A stretch of 64,000 bases of DNA from Vicugna vicugna (lineage: Eukaryota): NCBI GenBank assembly GCA_013265495.1, contig MU057887.1, forward strand, positions 3,073,576-3,137,575, in the 5' to 3' direction. The notes beneath the pieces are model-generated. The model did not search any database. It had not been told where the DNA came from and worked only from the letters and a program-made list of their open reading frames with translations. Below are positions 25,591 to 38,800 of this stretch, one piece after another. The position numbers and the translations under genes were made by a program. Each line of letters opens with the position of its first letter. Within the stretch, counting starts at the first letter, position 1.

Positions 25591-26414
25591 CACCACCTTT
25601 GCTGTTCATATCATTTTAAGTCGTAAGTTAATAAAACTGAATGCTTAGACCGTCTGTGCTCAGCCAACAGCCCACAGGCTTCCTGGAAACTGCAGTCTGC
25701 CCGCAGGCACTGCCCTGAGCAGGTCCGGCGCTCGCCGCTCAGCCTTCCCGGCGTTGTCAGGACCAAAGGAGAGCCTGCCTGTGGCGGGGTTTCCGAAAAC
25801 CCTGAAGTGTCCCCCGATCTAAGGAAACACAACCACTACAGTTTACGACTGTTCTCATGACTCAGCACACAAGCCCCAGGACCTCTCTCGTGTTGACGCG
25901 CCTTTCCTGTGAGCGGAGCTGTGCTGGCGCGGAGGCCGGAGCGGAGCACTGCCACGTGCGCCGACGTCCTCCCGGCCGCCGTCCCCGGGACGCTGATAAA
26001 TGAGAAAGGCGATCAGGCTTTCCTCCCACAGCCTTTGAGGACTCGCAGAGCATTTCAGAGCCTTGGAAAGCACTTAGCCGATAAAAAACCCTCTAATGAA
26101 TGAAAGGCAGGCTCTCCGAGCCACAGAGCCCATGCAGACAGTGACAGGTGCGAGTCCCGGCGACCCCGAGCGCAGGGCGCTGCCCCGGCCCGGCCCCCAG
26201 GGTCCCGCGCCCAGCATCCCTGCCGCCAGGCCACCTCCACGGGGCTGCCGTCCTTCATGCTTCTTGCCTTCTGACCTTGCTCTGAGTACGAGAGCCCAGA
26301 CTGGACAGGAATTCAGGGCAAAACAGCCGTCTGCTGGAAACCTTGCAAGAGGAAGCCACCCCAATGCCTGCTGCTGAGGGCGACTCCAGTCCCCACTGTC
26401 CCATTTTACCTGCA

Positions 26415-26510
26415 ATTGTCTTCTTCCTTTTTCATCCTCCCTCCCTCCCTCCTTCCTTCTGTCCTTCCTCCTTTCCTCCTGCCTTCCTGCCTTCCTCTCT
26501 TTTCTTTCCA
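26415..26510. repeat. Polypyrimidine (CCTT/CCT)-rich tract
   Basis: Directly visible. Confidence 0.85.
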
Positions 26511-26903
26511 GTGCCTCTCAGTTGCAAAGAACAGGACCCATGACTTGTCAATAATCTAAGAAGGGTGCATGGACCCACCACCCAAGTGGCCGCCAGGACC
26601 TTGGTCATGACCTGCATCTGAAAGCATGGTCCATCCCCCTCCCCCAGGGCGTCTCCGTGCACCGAGGCGAAGGGCTTCCCGGGTCTGTTCACCACCCCCC
26701 CCTTCCCTTGTGCGGGTTTTAGTACATTTACCTGCATTCCTGACCATGCGTGTGTGCTACACTGCTGGCTCGTGTTGCTCCTCACATCATAGAAGAGACA
26801 CGCAGCACCGATCTAGCGTCTCACTTAGATCAGGTTGCAGGTGTGCACCCATCACCCTGAATCACCACAGTTCCTTTGCTTTGACTGCTGAGCTCCCCTG
26901 TCT

Positions 26904-27085
26904 CAGAGGCCAGCACCTGACTGCCCTGGGCTAGCCCTGCTGCCTCCTGTTCCTGTAAGCGAAGTTCTCCTGGAACACAAGCATGCCGAGTCCCTTATGT
27001 ATCGTCCACAGCCACCTCAGTGCTCCTGTGGCAGAGCTGAGTGTCTGTAACAGATTCCTGTGGCCTGCAAAGCCTGAAACATTTT
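26904..27085. mobile_element. MER58A-like hAT-Charlie MITE, left part (interrupted by L1)
   Basis: GAAGTTCTCCTGGAACAC...GGCAGAGCTGAGTG...TGGCCTGCAAAGCCTGAAACATTT; the element resumes at 29538-29591. Confidence 0.75.
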
Positions 27086-27258
27086 CTTTTCTTAAAATGT
27101 ATTTTTTTAGCAACTTTATTGAGGTATGACTGACCTGGAAAAAGCTGTACGTATTTAATTTATAGAGTCCAGTGAGTTTTGGGAAAAGTGTACATCCATG
27201 AAACCATCATCAACATCAAGACAGTGGACATTCCATCATCTCCCAAAGTTTCCTCCCC

Positions 27259-27348
27259 CCATCATCACCACCATCATCACCATCATCATCCCCATCACCG
27301 TCATCACCATCATCATCACCATCACCATCATCACCACATCATCATCAC
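27259..27348. repeat. (CAT/CAC)n trinucleotide microsatellite inside the L1 3' UTR
   Basis: Directly visible. Confidence 0.95.
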
Positions 27349-27839
27349 TGTTTGTGTGGTGAGAATACTTAACACAAGCTCTACCCTCTTAGCAAATGCC
27401 AAGTATACAGAACAATATTGTGAGCTACAGGTGTTGCATTGTGTGGTGGATCCTGTAGTTTATTTATCTTGTACAACTGAAACTCTGTACCCTTTGACTG
27501 TCACCAACCACTCCCCTTCCCTGGCAAGCAATATTCTACTCTCTGCTGCTATGAGCTTGACTGTTTTGGCTTCCACATACAAATGAGATTATGCAGTATC
27601 TGTCTTTCTTGCCTGACTTACTTCCCTTAGTATAATGTTCTCCAGCTTCATCCACTAGCCACAAAATGGCACAAGTCCTTTTTCAATAAAGGCAGAGTAA
27701 TATTCCATTGTGTGTATATACCACATTTTCTTTATCCGTTACTCCATCAATGGTCATTTAGATTATTTCCGTAACTCGGATACTGTGAATAATGCTTTTT
27801 TAAATTTTGCATTAATTATTAATTTTGTTGTTATTATTT

Positions 27840-28640
27840 TAGTACTTTGAATATTTCATTGCACTCTCTCCTGTCCTGCAAGGTTTCTGCTGAGAAATAC
27901 ACTGATAGTCTTATGGGGGTGACCTTGTATGTGACCAGCCACTTTTCTCTTCTTGCTTTCAAAATGGTCTCTGTGTTTGACTTTGGGCAATGTGCGTATG
28001 ACGTGTCTCAGTAAAAACCTCTCCATCTTTGATCTATTTGGAGTTCTTTGGGCTTCATGGATCAGGATGTTCATTGTTCTCCCTAAATTTGGAGAGTTTT
28101 CTGTCATTATTTCTTTAAACGACTTTCGACCCCTTTCTCTTTCTCTGTGCCTTCTGGGGCTCCCATATACTTACGTTGATTCCTTGATGCTATCTCGTAA
28201 GTCCTACAGGCTTTCTTCACTCTTTTTAATTCTTTCCCCTTTTTGTTCCCCTGGCTACGTAATTGCAAATGCTCTGATTTCAAGTTCACTGATTCTCTTT
28301 TCTGCTTGATCAAGTCTGGTGCGGAAGCTCTCTGTTGCATGTTTTTAGTTCAGTCATATTCCTCAGCTTCAGAAATTGGTTCTTTATTATGGTTACTCTC
28401 CCTTCCTTGAACGTCTCATTTTGTTCTTGGATTGTTTTCTTAATTTGATTCTCTGTCTGATTCTCCCGTAGCTCACTGAGCTGCTTTGAGATGGCTCTGG
28501 TGACATCTTTGTCAGGCAATTTGTGTGGCCCCATTTCTTTGGGGTCAGCCATAGGAACTTGATCTGTTTCTTTTTAGTGTCATGTTTTCTCAATTTTTCT
28601 TGTGTTCCTTGAAGGCTTGTGTTGCTGCCAGCACATTGAA
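27840..28640 (-). pseudogene. Frameshifted LINE-1 ORF1p remnant
   Basis: ORF pieces MTENSPNLGRTMNILIHEAQRTPNR...RHVIRTL and LPDKDVTRAISKQLSELREN...IKKTIQEQNETF resemble L1 ORF1p and are spread over several frames. Confidence 0.85.
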
Positions 28641-29537
28641 GAAACAATTATCTCTTCCAGTCTTTGCTAATTGGGTTTGGGAGAGAAAAACCAGTCAGTC
28701 TGGCTAGAAATTCTGAGGGTCTCTCAGAAATTTTTTATGGATGCACCCGCTTCACTCTGCTCATTCCCTGTTCAAAAGGAAGTCTTAGGGCTGTTTTCCT
28801 TCTCTGGGCCTCACAAGCCGGGTAAAGCACTGAGAGCCTCTCGTCCACCTTCCCGGGGGACGTGCCCTGGGCATCGAGTTGTGCACGTTCTCCCAGTGCA
28901 GCGCAGTCAAGCCGGCTGCTGGTGTCCGTGTGTGGTGTGCAAAGGCTTGTGCATGCTGTTGTGAGGGGGGCGGTCAGGGCACCGGCTCTGGGGCGCACAT
29001 GGGGTTCTGCAGTCACAGGCAGCCGGCTGTGGGGGTCTGCAGGTGAGGCGTCAGATGGAGTCTGTGGCAGGGCTTGGTGGGGTCTGACACCAGTTAGCAG
29101 AGTCCACAGCTGACAGATCTGCGCGCCGGCTGCTGTGGCCCTCCGACCCTTTCCCTGCTGCCCTCTGTCCCCAGGCTGGTCATCTGTGCCGGCCGCCCGG
29201 CGTTGCGGGCAGGGTGAAGCAGACGGGGGCCTGCTGGGCAGCAGCTCACAAGGGTGGGGAGCCAGGTGCTTGCTTTGCTCTCACTTTCCCTCGTGAGAGA
29301 AGCCGTGGCTCGAGGGCGCCCCTCTCGGGGGCGACGTGGATGAAGCGAGCCAGTCTTCGCGCTCTTTTCAGCACATCCATTATTAGACTGTTCTGCTCTC
29401 TGGCGCGCTGGGACCTCTCAGCTACACTCCTGTGTCCCACAGAAGCATTCTTGTCCATCGGTGGTTGTGACCCCAGTGTTTCTGTGGGGGTCTGAGAGCT
29501 GGAAGCGCCTACTTCTCCATCTTGCTGACGTCGCCCT

Positions 29538-29591
29538 AAAGCCTGAACTGTTTCCAACCTGATTCTTACAGGAAAAGTCTGCAGATGCCTG
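29538..29591. mobile_element. MER58A-like MITE, right part
   Basis: AAAGCCTGAACTGTTTCCAACCTGATTCTTACAGGAAAAGTCTGCAGATGCCTG matches the terminal segment of MER58A. Confidence 0.7.
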
Positions 29592-29599
29592 CACGGCTG

Positions 29600-29880
29600 C
29601 TTCTAAGCTTCGCTGCCGTGAAGAACATGTGGACGCTCCTGTATGTGTGTCCTGGCCCATGTTCAGGGGTCTCCTTTGGGTGAATCCCTAGAAATGCAAT
29701 TGCCAGTCACGTGGCAGGGATGCTCAATGCGGGGGAAAGACACATGAGTGTCTCCAGTGTTTTGCACCAGTTTATGTTCCTGCTAATAAAGTAGGGCCCC
29801 TGGGAACTCACGTCCTCTCCAACAACGCTTACTGTTAGTTATTTTATTTTATTACCGATTAAATAGATGTAAACATACTT
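29600..29880 (-). mobile_element. Old LINE-1 (L1ME-like) fragment
   Basis: CCTAGAAATGCAATTGCCAGTCAC...GCACCAGTTTATGTTCC...GTCCTCTCCAACA resembles the antisense ORF2 C-terminal region. Confidence 0.55.
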
Positions 29881-30829
29881 CATTGGCAAACCTTCCAACA
29901 GGGCGCCGATGCTATCGGTCTCCGGTAAACGCAGTCTCTTCCAGGAAGCAGAATCAGTGTCTGTCAACTCCTGCTCTTCTGGTACTGTGGCCCCGAGGCA
30001 GGGTTCTGATGGGGTAACTGCGAGGCTTGGTGAGGGCGCAGGGACGCTTGCTGCAGAGAAGCCGCACAGGAAGCAGGCACCTTCACGCCAGGTTCGGGAG
30101 CATCAGGTCAGCCTCCCGCGACTTGGAGATTTTCTTGAAAGTGGCCCTGACGATTTGAAAGGGTGTGTTTGTTGCTGGGCACATCTCTGCTTGTGCCCTT
30201 TCTGCTCAGGAGGGAAGGGCACTGAGACTTCAGACTCTGCAGGCTGATACCACTTGGGATCTGCAGGGGCCCTAAGCTGCTGTCCAGCCACAAACTGGGG
30301 GCATTGGGGCCCTGCTGCAGTCCAGCCCTAGGGAAGACAGGGGTAGGCTGGCCTCGGGCCCCACAGCACACCCCTCCGTGATGTGGTCACCACACAGTGA
30401 CCTGGCCGTGGATGGGCTCATCACGCCTGGACCGAGAGGCCACACGTCCTAGCCCTGCCCCGGCCAGGCCGGTCCCCAGGGCGGCTTCTCATCTGAGCGA
30501 CTGTGTTAACTGAGTGACTGAGTGACTGAGAAGGAGCTGGGGGTGGGGGCAGCTGGTTCTGAGGAGGGCGACCAGCATGGTGAAAGGGCCAGGTCACCAT
30601 GCTGGCTGGGTGTCACACGCTGGACGAGGGTCTCAGGTAGAGACCGTCGCCGTGAACATCAGGAGAAGCGCTGAGCAGAGGACCTGCTGTGCTGGCCGTG
30701 GTCCTGACGGGGGAGACGCGGCCACCGGGGGTGTGCTCTGCGGGGCGCTGGGTGCCTGCCCCCTCTGCGCTGTGACAGCTCCCTCTTGTGGTCCCCACCA
30801 GCACAGTCATTGTCGTTCTTTCAGCCAGG

Positions 30830-31352
30830 GGACACCAAGGGTAAGTGGTGTCACCCTGACCAGGTCGTGGCGGGTGGTGAGATACTTGGTTAGACGTGGC
30901 TCAGGGTGTGTCTGTGAGGGCGCTTCTGGGTGAGGTCAGCGTGCGTCGGGACGGAATAACGCAGGTCACCCTCCCCAGGGCGGGGAGGGGCGGCGCTCAG
31001 CCAGTCACTGCGGCCTGAATGGAGGGGGAAAGGAGCAAAGGAGAAACCGCTCTCTTGCTGCCTCACTGTTGAGCTGCGGCATTAGTCTTCTGCCCTCAGA
31101 TTGCGACGTACACCACGGGGTCGCCTGGGTCCCTTTGGACCAGACCAGAACTGAACCACCAGATCTCCTGGGTCTCCAGACGGCAGACGGCAGATCACAG
31201 GACCCCTCAGCCTGTGCGATCGCTGAGCCAGCTCCTCACAGTGACTCTCTTTATATGTCTCCACCCACCCAACCACCCATCCATCCATCCATCTATGTAT
31301 CTGTCTATCTATCTCTCACTGGCTCCGTTTCTCCAGAGAACCCTGACTGATT
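30830..31352 (+). mobile_element. MLT2-like (ERVL) LTR with internal (CCAT)/(TCTA) repeat
   Basis: GGGTGTGTCTGTGAGGGCGCTTCTGG...CCTGGGTCTCCAGACGGCAGACGGCAGATC...GTTTCTCCAGAGAACCCTGACT. Confidence 0.8.
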
Positions 31353-32789
31353 CAGTGAATGAACCTCCTTTGGATAAAGCTCCTGAGCAGAGTGGGTGCT
31401 CGGGAAGACATGGCCGGGGCCCAGGGTCTGTTCCAGCCCCAGCCCTCCACGGACCAGGGCAGGCTGGGGGCTGGCACCAGGCTGGTCTCTCCTCTCGGCC
31501 TCCACGCCATTTTCCCACACTGATCTGGACTCCAGTGACCTCCAGTTCCCCTCCTGTTTCACTCACAAATGTGGCTCCCACGTGAGCCCTGGGTCCTTGC
31601 AAACTCAGGAGGTCTCCTGGGAAAAGCTGTCGGAAAGAGGCACCAACTCTTGAGAGCGTCCCCGAAGTCCTGAGCCCCTGGGAACCCCAGTCAGAGCAGT
31701 CTGTTAAGCAAACAATAGCAGAGGGTTAATAAAAGCGGCAAAGGAAGGGCCCTCCCCTGGGTAACTGCCTCCACCTCCAGGGCAGGATCAGCAGAGCCTC
31801 AGCGTGTCCTCCGGGGAGCGCGTCCTTCCCAGAGACCCCGGCGTGACCCCCGGGGCCCGGGAGGGAGGGCTTTGAGTGATGGTGCTGAAGCACTGCAACG
31901 TCTCCCGCGCCCTTCGAGGCGGGCAGGCATCGTCTGGCAGGCAGAGCCCTGCTCCCAGGTGGCAGGGACGCGTGTGCGTGTGCAGGCGCGAGTGCGGGCC
32001 AGGCGCGTGGAGGCTGTGCTGGCACTGTTACTGGGTCTCCCAGAGGCTTCTCTCATCGAACTACTCAGAGGGAGACAGAGCAGCAGACGCCGTCGTGCAG
32101 GTGAGAAAGAGGCTCGCGGGAGCAGCCGGCCTCGTGTCCCAGCTGCGGCGGGAGCTTCTGGACAGAAGCCAGGGCTGAGGAGGGCTGTGACGGCCGTTTC
32201 TGCCCCCGGTCCTCTGCCCGGGGTTTTGCCAAACCCCGGGAGCCACGCTGATTGTTCTGGGACTTCCTCCCTCCGTGTATTTCCCTGTGAAGGTGCGCAT
32301 TGGGCCCAGTGCCTTCTGTAACGTGGGGGTGACCCCCCGTGAGGGGCGACAAGGGTGGGCAGGGAGTGAAATCGGCCTGCGGCGGAGCTGCCAGGTGGCC
32401 GAGGGAGAAGGAGGGAGACCCACGCAGCATCCAGTTGTGTTAATGTCTCTCTGCTATGGATCCTACATCCCAGACTTGGAGAAAAGCCCTAATTCCTGTA
32501 CCACTAATGGCTGAAATGACAAGTCGAAGCGGGTAGAAGCTGCTGACGGTAAGAATTTAACTTCCAGAAGCCTCCGTGTGGGGGGCGCCGGGCACTGGGC
32601 ATGTCCGGGCAGGGCGCTCCGTCCCAGCCCATCAGTCATTAACGGTGCAGGGCGATACCACTGCGCACCTGTGACCACGGGGCTCCCGCCACCTCGGCTC
32701 TCCTCCGGGACCCCCCGCGACGCCTGAGGGGCTTCATTCCCCAGGTTCCCAGGGGGCGATGTCTGCAGTTCCTTCTCCCGAATCCAGCG

Positions 32790-33110
32790 TGGCCTCCTGC
32801 TAATGGAAGAGACACCACTGAAATCAATTAGGGGCTGGCGCTTCCGGACGCCCTCGGAGGTGGCGCCTGCCATCTGTGTTCGCTTCTTCCCGAGCGCCTC
32901 CAGTGTGGCAGCTGGAGTGACAGTCGTCCTGCGCGCTCTGCAGATATAATTGTATAGAGAATGCATTTAACGCTTCAGTGGGCAACTTGGTATAACAGTT
33001 TAATTTTTCACTGAAATCTAAATTTGCTCCCAGACTGTATATTTTTCTATCACATTAGATAATCAATCTGAGCAGAAATCCAATTTTAACTCAATCAACA
33101 CTCCTTTGGC
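32790..33110. promoter_or_regulatory. Candidate enhancer-like AT-rich island
   Basis: AAATCAATTA, GATAATCAAT, TCAATCAA and ATAATTGTAT motifs in unique-looking sequence. Confidence 0.4.
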
Positions 33111-35723
33111 AAAGGGTCCACAAATGAGCGGCCCCCTCCCCGAGGTGGCTGGAGGCTGGGGCCCCGGCAGAGGCGGGGGCTGCGTGCTGTCCAAGGTGCT
33201 GAGAGTCCGAGCTGCTTCCCGCTCCCGACTGCAAGGCCAGTCTGCAGAGAAGGGGCTGGACAGGCGGGGCCTCGGCGTCTCCCTGGGTCATTCTTTTATT
33301 CTAGTCTCTTCCACAGAAAGCACTAGAACGGCACTGGAGGCTGTTAGACCCCCTGTGCACAGGAGCCCCTGGAAGACCCTGGAAGGCCCTGCCCACTTTC
33401 CACTCGTGGGGAGGGTGTGTCCCCAGAGGGGCCGGGAGATGCCCAGTCTCGGCCCCAAGTCTCCCAGGCGGAGCTGGTGGCCGGCTGGACGCATCCCTCG
33501 GGTCTTCCTTCCTTTCTTCCTTGCAGGGAGGGAGCGTTTCCTCGGTGGCTTCAGGGCTGTAGTTCGGGGGTGGGTGGCAGCTCCTGGGGGGAAGGGGTGG
33601 CCCCTCGTCATCTGACACCGAGTCGGTGTCCCTGTGTGGGCTCTGTAACTACCACACCAAGAAATAATTAACGGCAAAGAAACACGCCAGGCGTCAAAGG
33701 CAATTTTTCTTCCATAAACAGGAAAGTCTTGCTAATTAGGCCAAATGAGAGGGAGTCTGCTGAAGTTTATGAAAATCTGTTATTTTTTGAGTTACTGGAA
33801 AGCACCCTGGCTTCACGATGCGCAGATCTGAGCAGAGCCAGTGAGTCCCGGGGGCCCTGCCGGCGGTCCTGAGCCGGGGAGTGGGCTCTGTGACTCCGGG
33901 GAGGAGGCTCTGTGGGCAGCCTCGTGCCCGCACCTGCTGTCCATCTTCAGACGACACGGGCTGTGGGTCTCTTGGCCCCGGGGCCAATGTGCTCAGGTCA
34001 CAGCAGGTCAAAGGCGCACCTGTGTCTGCACAAGCTTTCCTAGTGCCAGCTTCCCTCTGTGCAAGCGTCTAGAACAGGTCTTCCCCGCCAGACGCACAGG
34101 TCAGCAGGTGTCCCGGCTCGCGGTCCACTGTGGCACCATCACCACCCATCGCCCCGCCCTCGGGTGGCCTCAGAGCTCTTGTCTGAGGTTTGCGTCCTCA
34201 GAGCAGACTGGATTCTGCAGTGACGGAGGAGGGATTGCGGGGCCCGGCCCATCCCTGTCATCCGGGGACTCGCGGGCTGAGCCTGGACCCCCGGGGTGGA
34301 TGGAGCTGCACCGGGTTGTGCCGTGGGGGTGGTGCCCGCAGGTGTGAAGCGGGACAGAGAGCGCTCAGGGCGGAAGCGGGAGCCAGAGAGGCGCCCACCC
34401 GCGCACGGCGCTGCATTCACCACATCTCCCGCCTGTGTCGCTGCCGCTTTGACTGGGGACTTGCCGACCAGGGAGATTCTGACCCCTGGGAGGTGCTGAC
34501 GATTCAGATTGCAAATTCCCCTCCTGTGAGCCCAGCTTCCTGGTGCAAACTGACCAACCCGGAGCCCACATCCCCCTTTCGCCCACCACCTCCTTCTCTG
34601 GCCCCTGCACCCCGGGGGGTGTCCAACACCATAGCCCCTCCCCACCCCTGCAACTTGCTGAAATCTCTCAGGCTAGCGGGTCCCAAACCCACTTAGCCTC
34701 TTACTCTCCTTCCTGGCCCGTCCCTTCGTGTGGAGGCCAGCTGCCTCCCAGGGCTGCCCGCTCTGCCTGTGGCCGGCCCTGCGTGTCCCCCGTGGGCCTT
34801 GCGGCGCGGCTGCCCCAACCCTGGGACCTGTGGGCAGGGAATCACCTCAGCAGCGCTTGTCTCCTGGTTCACTGACCTGGAGGAACGAGTGGTAATTAAC
34901 CGACACTAGAACTGGCGAGCAGAGGGCTCTCTGTGCAGCGCTGGGGCGGGACGTCGGGTTGGGGAGGATGGGGAGGCTAGGGGTCAGAGGAAACCCTGGG
35001 CCTTTCGTGGGAAAGGGAGCTCTCGTGTACATAGACCCTCCACCCTTAGAGGGGGGCAGCTGTGATCAGAGATGAGTCTGGACACCTTTGTCAGCCCAGG
35101 TTCAGGGACCCTTCACCGTGGAGGTGGCCTGTTCATGGGCCTCAGGCTGGCCAGGGGTCGGGGGGTGGGGTCCCACCCGAGATGGAGGCCATTGCACTCT
35201 GTCCCTCACAGGTGGGCGGGGTCCACTTGGGACGACGCCAGCGTCTCTTCTGACTCCCCGTTATTAAACTGGGGGACTTCCCAGGGGAACGGGAGAAGCG
35301 AGAAACATTTGGCGAAAGTCAGGATTGGCAAAGGCATCCTGGAGCCCGTCTGTGTTGATACAAAAAGTGGCAACACAGTGTTGAGTTGTTCCACCCGTAG
35401 AACCGAATTAAGAGACGGGGGGCTCCCCTGCAGATCGGGGCACAGGCTCTGCGCACCGGCGGGCAGGACGCCTGTGGAGCCCCTGCTGGTGGCTCACTGG
35501 AGACAAACCAGCCACCCTCAGCAAAGACGGGGCCGAAGGAGTCTAACTATGATGCCTTCCATGTAAGGATAGCTAAGCTCATATTTCAGTAAAAGAGAGA
35601 GAGACATACATTGTCTGGCACAGAGGAGCCTCAAGACACCTCCTGGGGAGAAAGCCCCTTACAGAGCCCAGCTGAGGGCGGCCGGCCGCCAGATGACGGC
35701 AGGAGACCTGGTGGGCGCATCAT

Positions 35724-35830
35724 GTGGTGTACGCGTGTGTATGCGTGTGCTCGTGTCTCTGCCGTGTGTACAGTGTGCGCGCGCGCGTCTTTGCATGTAT
35801 ACACGTGCACACACGCGCGCACACACACAG
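35724..35830. repeat. Alternating purine-pyrimidine tract (TG-rich, then CG, then CA-rich)
   Basis: Directly visible. Confidence 0.8.
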
Positions 35831-38800
35831 GGAGTCCCACTGAGGGGCTGGGGACCTTCGGGCCGATCCCGTCTGGGATGTGAACTCCGGGATCAGGACG
35901 AGTGAAGCCGGGGCGGAGTTGGGGGGTGTCGCGTGGATCTGTACCTGCTTGGGACCTGTTTAAAAGCTTCACGTATCACTTTGTGCAGTAATATATGTTT
36001 TTTAACAGCAGAAAAAAGACAGCAGACACACAAAGCACCCCAGGCACAGCCGGGCAGCTCAGGGCCCCCAGGCCGGGCCCCAGGCGGGAGAGGGCCAGAC
36101 GCCCTCTAGGCACCCCCACCCGCTCCTTGTCCAGCGCTGCCTGTCTGCAGCCCACGCTGCCTCCTCGTCGCAGAGGAGCGGAGGGCCCCATCTGACAGGG
36201 AGACTGCGTCCTGCAGGCAGGTGGAGGCGGCCGCAGGCATTGAAGGCCCCTCCCTCCTGCCCCTTCTGAGGGCCGAGCAGAGAGTCAGCCCTGCCAGAAG
36301 GTGCCCGTCCCTGGGGCTGTTTCCAGCAGGAACTCCCGAGTGCTGGGAGCAGTACCTGAAGCCCCCGACAGACCTCTTAGCACCTCCTGTGGCCTCGGGG
36401 ACCGGGGACAGGGTGGCCCCAGGAGCTCGTCAGTTGGGCAAGTCTTGGCTCGGAGGCGCCTTCCCGTGAGGCTTTCTCACCATCTGTTTAGGACGCGCCC
36501 CCTCCTTCCCTTTTGGGTCCCCTCCTCGAGCCTCCCTCCCCACTACATTCCAGTACATCCAGAGCCAAACCGAAGATGCGCAGCCATGCCCCAGCCTCTG
36601 CGGGCAAAGCGCGTGTGCGAGCGGACAGACGCCTGACCTTCTCTGGGCAAGTTACCCGCGTGGACGTTCCCGAGGGCTCAGAGGTGGAGGGGGCCGCGCA
36701 GGGTCCCCGCACGAGGCCTGGTGATGGAGCAGAGGGTGGTCCAGGAGAGGAGTGTCTGCGTGACGGGCGGGGTCCGACGGCTGAGGCAGGGAGAAGCACT
36801 TCTGGGGTTCAAGGCGCTGAAGGGTGTGATAGAATGAAAGGAGCCAGGGAAAAAGAAAGGCAGAGACCCCAAAAGCGCCTCGTGGCAAAGGCAACGTGCT
36901 CCTGGCAGGCTCCTTGGCTCTGGGCCTGGAAATCTGCATATTCGTAAGTGGTATTGGCACAGGAACCGTGTTCCGACTTTTAGAACCGCCTGAAAACTTA
37001 ATAACACGGGATGGAAGGTAAGGCCAGCCGACAGCGGCCGGGGGCCGGGCCAAATCGGGGGGGGCTGGAGGGAGGGTCGCGGGGCTCACCCAGCAGCCAG
37101 AGGGCCACTCAGAGGGTCACCCAGAGTCGAGGAAACAGAAACCAAAGGTGACAGATGCAGGCGCTGGGAACAGCAGCTTGACCAGCGTCACAGAGAGGGA
37201 GGCCTAAGGGATCTGCATCATCTGACGGCAGGAAGCCAGCGCTCAGCGTCGGAAGCTGCTAAGTGAAGTCAGCAGCACAAACCCGCCACCTAGACGGACG
37301 GCAGGGGCCCCGAGGGGGACCGAGAGTTTGGAACGGAATTAGGGTTCACTTTGAGGAGCGGGTCTGGGGTGGATCGGCCCACTTGAGATTCTAAAATAAT
37401 TATAAATACATTCTTTTGATAAAAATGAAAGATGTATTGAGTAAGAAGAGATACGGTTCTCTGAAAAGTGCCGTCTGTGTGACGCAAGGGCAACGGAGGA
37501 ATGCGGGCTATAACCCAGCCCCGCCGGGCACACCCCGGCTCGTCCACAAGTCGCAGGGACTCTGGGTCCGCGGGCCCTCCCGCCGCCCCGCAGGGCGCCC
37601 TTGCTCAGTGCTGGGCCTGGCCGCGGCCCGCCCAGCCCGCCCAGCCCGCCCGGGGCAACCGTGGCCTCCCTGCAGGGCTGCACCTGGCTGTTCCTCTGGA
37701 AGCACAAGGCGGCTCTGGGCGTGGAGGCGTGCCCAGGCCCGGCGCTGGTTGGCTTTTCCGAATATACAGGCGGTTCCAGGGCCCTTGGGGGATCTGACAT
37801 CAAGGGTGGGGCCCTGAAGGGCTGGGCTCTTCTCCCCTCAGTTCTCTTTGAATTATATTCGCGGCTTCAACATCTGTAATCTGGACACTCCTTCCTGCCC
37901 CGCTCCAGACTCTTCTCCGATCTAGACGTGAATGTGCGTGGCCAGCAGGAGTGGCCCCCGCCGACCCCATGTCCCAGTTTGCTCCTTCACGGGATCAGCC
38001 CCTCCACCCCCTGGCTCCCGAGCCCGTCACATCACAAAACACGCCTCCCAGCCCCGGTTTCTTCCAGCTTCACCCACGGGGCCCCCTGTGTCTCCGTGGA
38101 GACTGGTGCCTCCCCAGCTTGCCCCTCCCCCTCCGCTGTGGCCCGTCCTCACGGCTGCAGCCTCGGAGACCATTAAAGGTGTCAGGCCAGATGTGTCACC
38201 CTACTTGCAGGCACCCAGGTGAGTCCCCAGGGCAGGCCCTACGGCCTCGGTCTTGCGCCCGGCCTCTGCAAGCTCTCCGCGCCCTGTGACTCGGCCCTGC
38301 TGGGCGTGGGTCAGCAGGCCCGGGAGCCAGTGCCCTCCTGCCTCCGTGCAGAGGAGGCGCTTCCCGCCTGAGCTCGGGCCCTGCAGGGAGTGGCCCTGGT
38401 GTCACTGAGCAGCGTCTGCGTCGGCTGCCATCGGAGCGCCTGGTTCTCCGCGCCGTTTGCTCGTCAGCACCTCTGAGCAGCAGTGGGGCTCGCTTGCTGC
38501 CCCCCAGCCAGGACGTGAGCCCGTGTCCTCTGCTCTGTCCCAGCCGACGTGTGCCCGCTCTCGCTGTCACCACGGTGTTTGTCAATCCGGGTGAACCAAT
38601 GAAGGAGTGAACGTGCCAGCCTGGCCATCTTGGGGGCCCCCTCATCACCTGGGGACGTTTCAGAGCCGGAGGGGTGGGTGGCAGCCCTTCTGATTCTCCC
38701 GGGGCCTCAAGCCTCCATCGGCACCCACCCCCCCGAGGCAGCTCAGAGGAACTGCGGCGGCTCGGGTGCCCCCGCCTCGGCCCCCGGGCACTGTTCCCCA

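Larger units (their letters stand above)
27086..29537 (-). mobile_element. Internally deleted LINE-1 (L1MA/L1MB age): 5' UTR, most of ORF1, and 3' end
   Basis: T-rich tail and 3' UTR/ORF2 end at about 27086-27797, ORF1 remnants at about 27840-28640, 5' UTR ending CCATCTTGCTGACGTC; TSD-like AAAGCCTGAAACATTT (27069) and AAAGCCTGAACTGTTT (29538). Confidence 0.85.

Noticed and set aside
27179..27586. ORF with a long poly-histidine run
   Set aside because: It is a (CAT/CAC)n microsatellite within an antisense L1 3' UTR, not a gene.
38210..38230. Consensus-like splice donor CAG/GTGAGT (also near 8253)
   Set aside because: No matching acceptor or recognisable coding frame could be linked to it.
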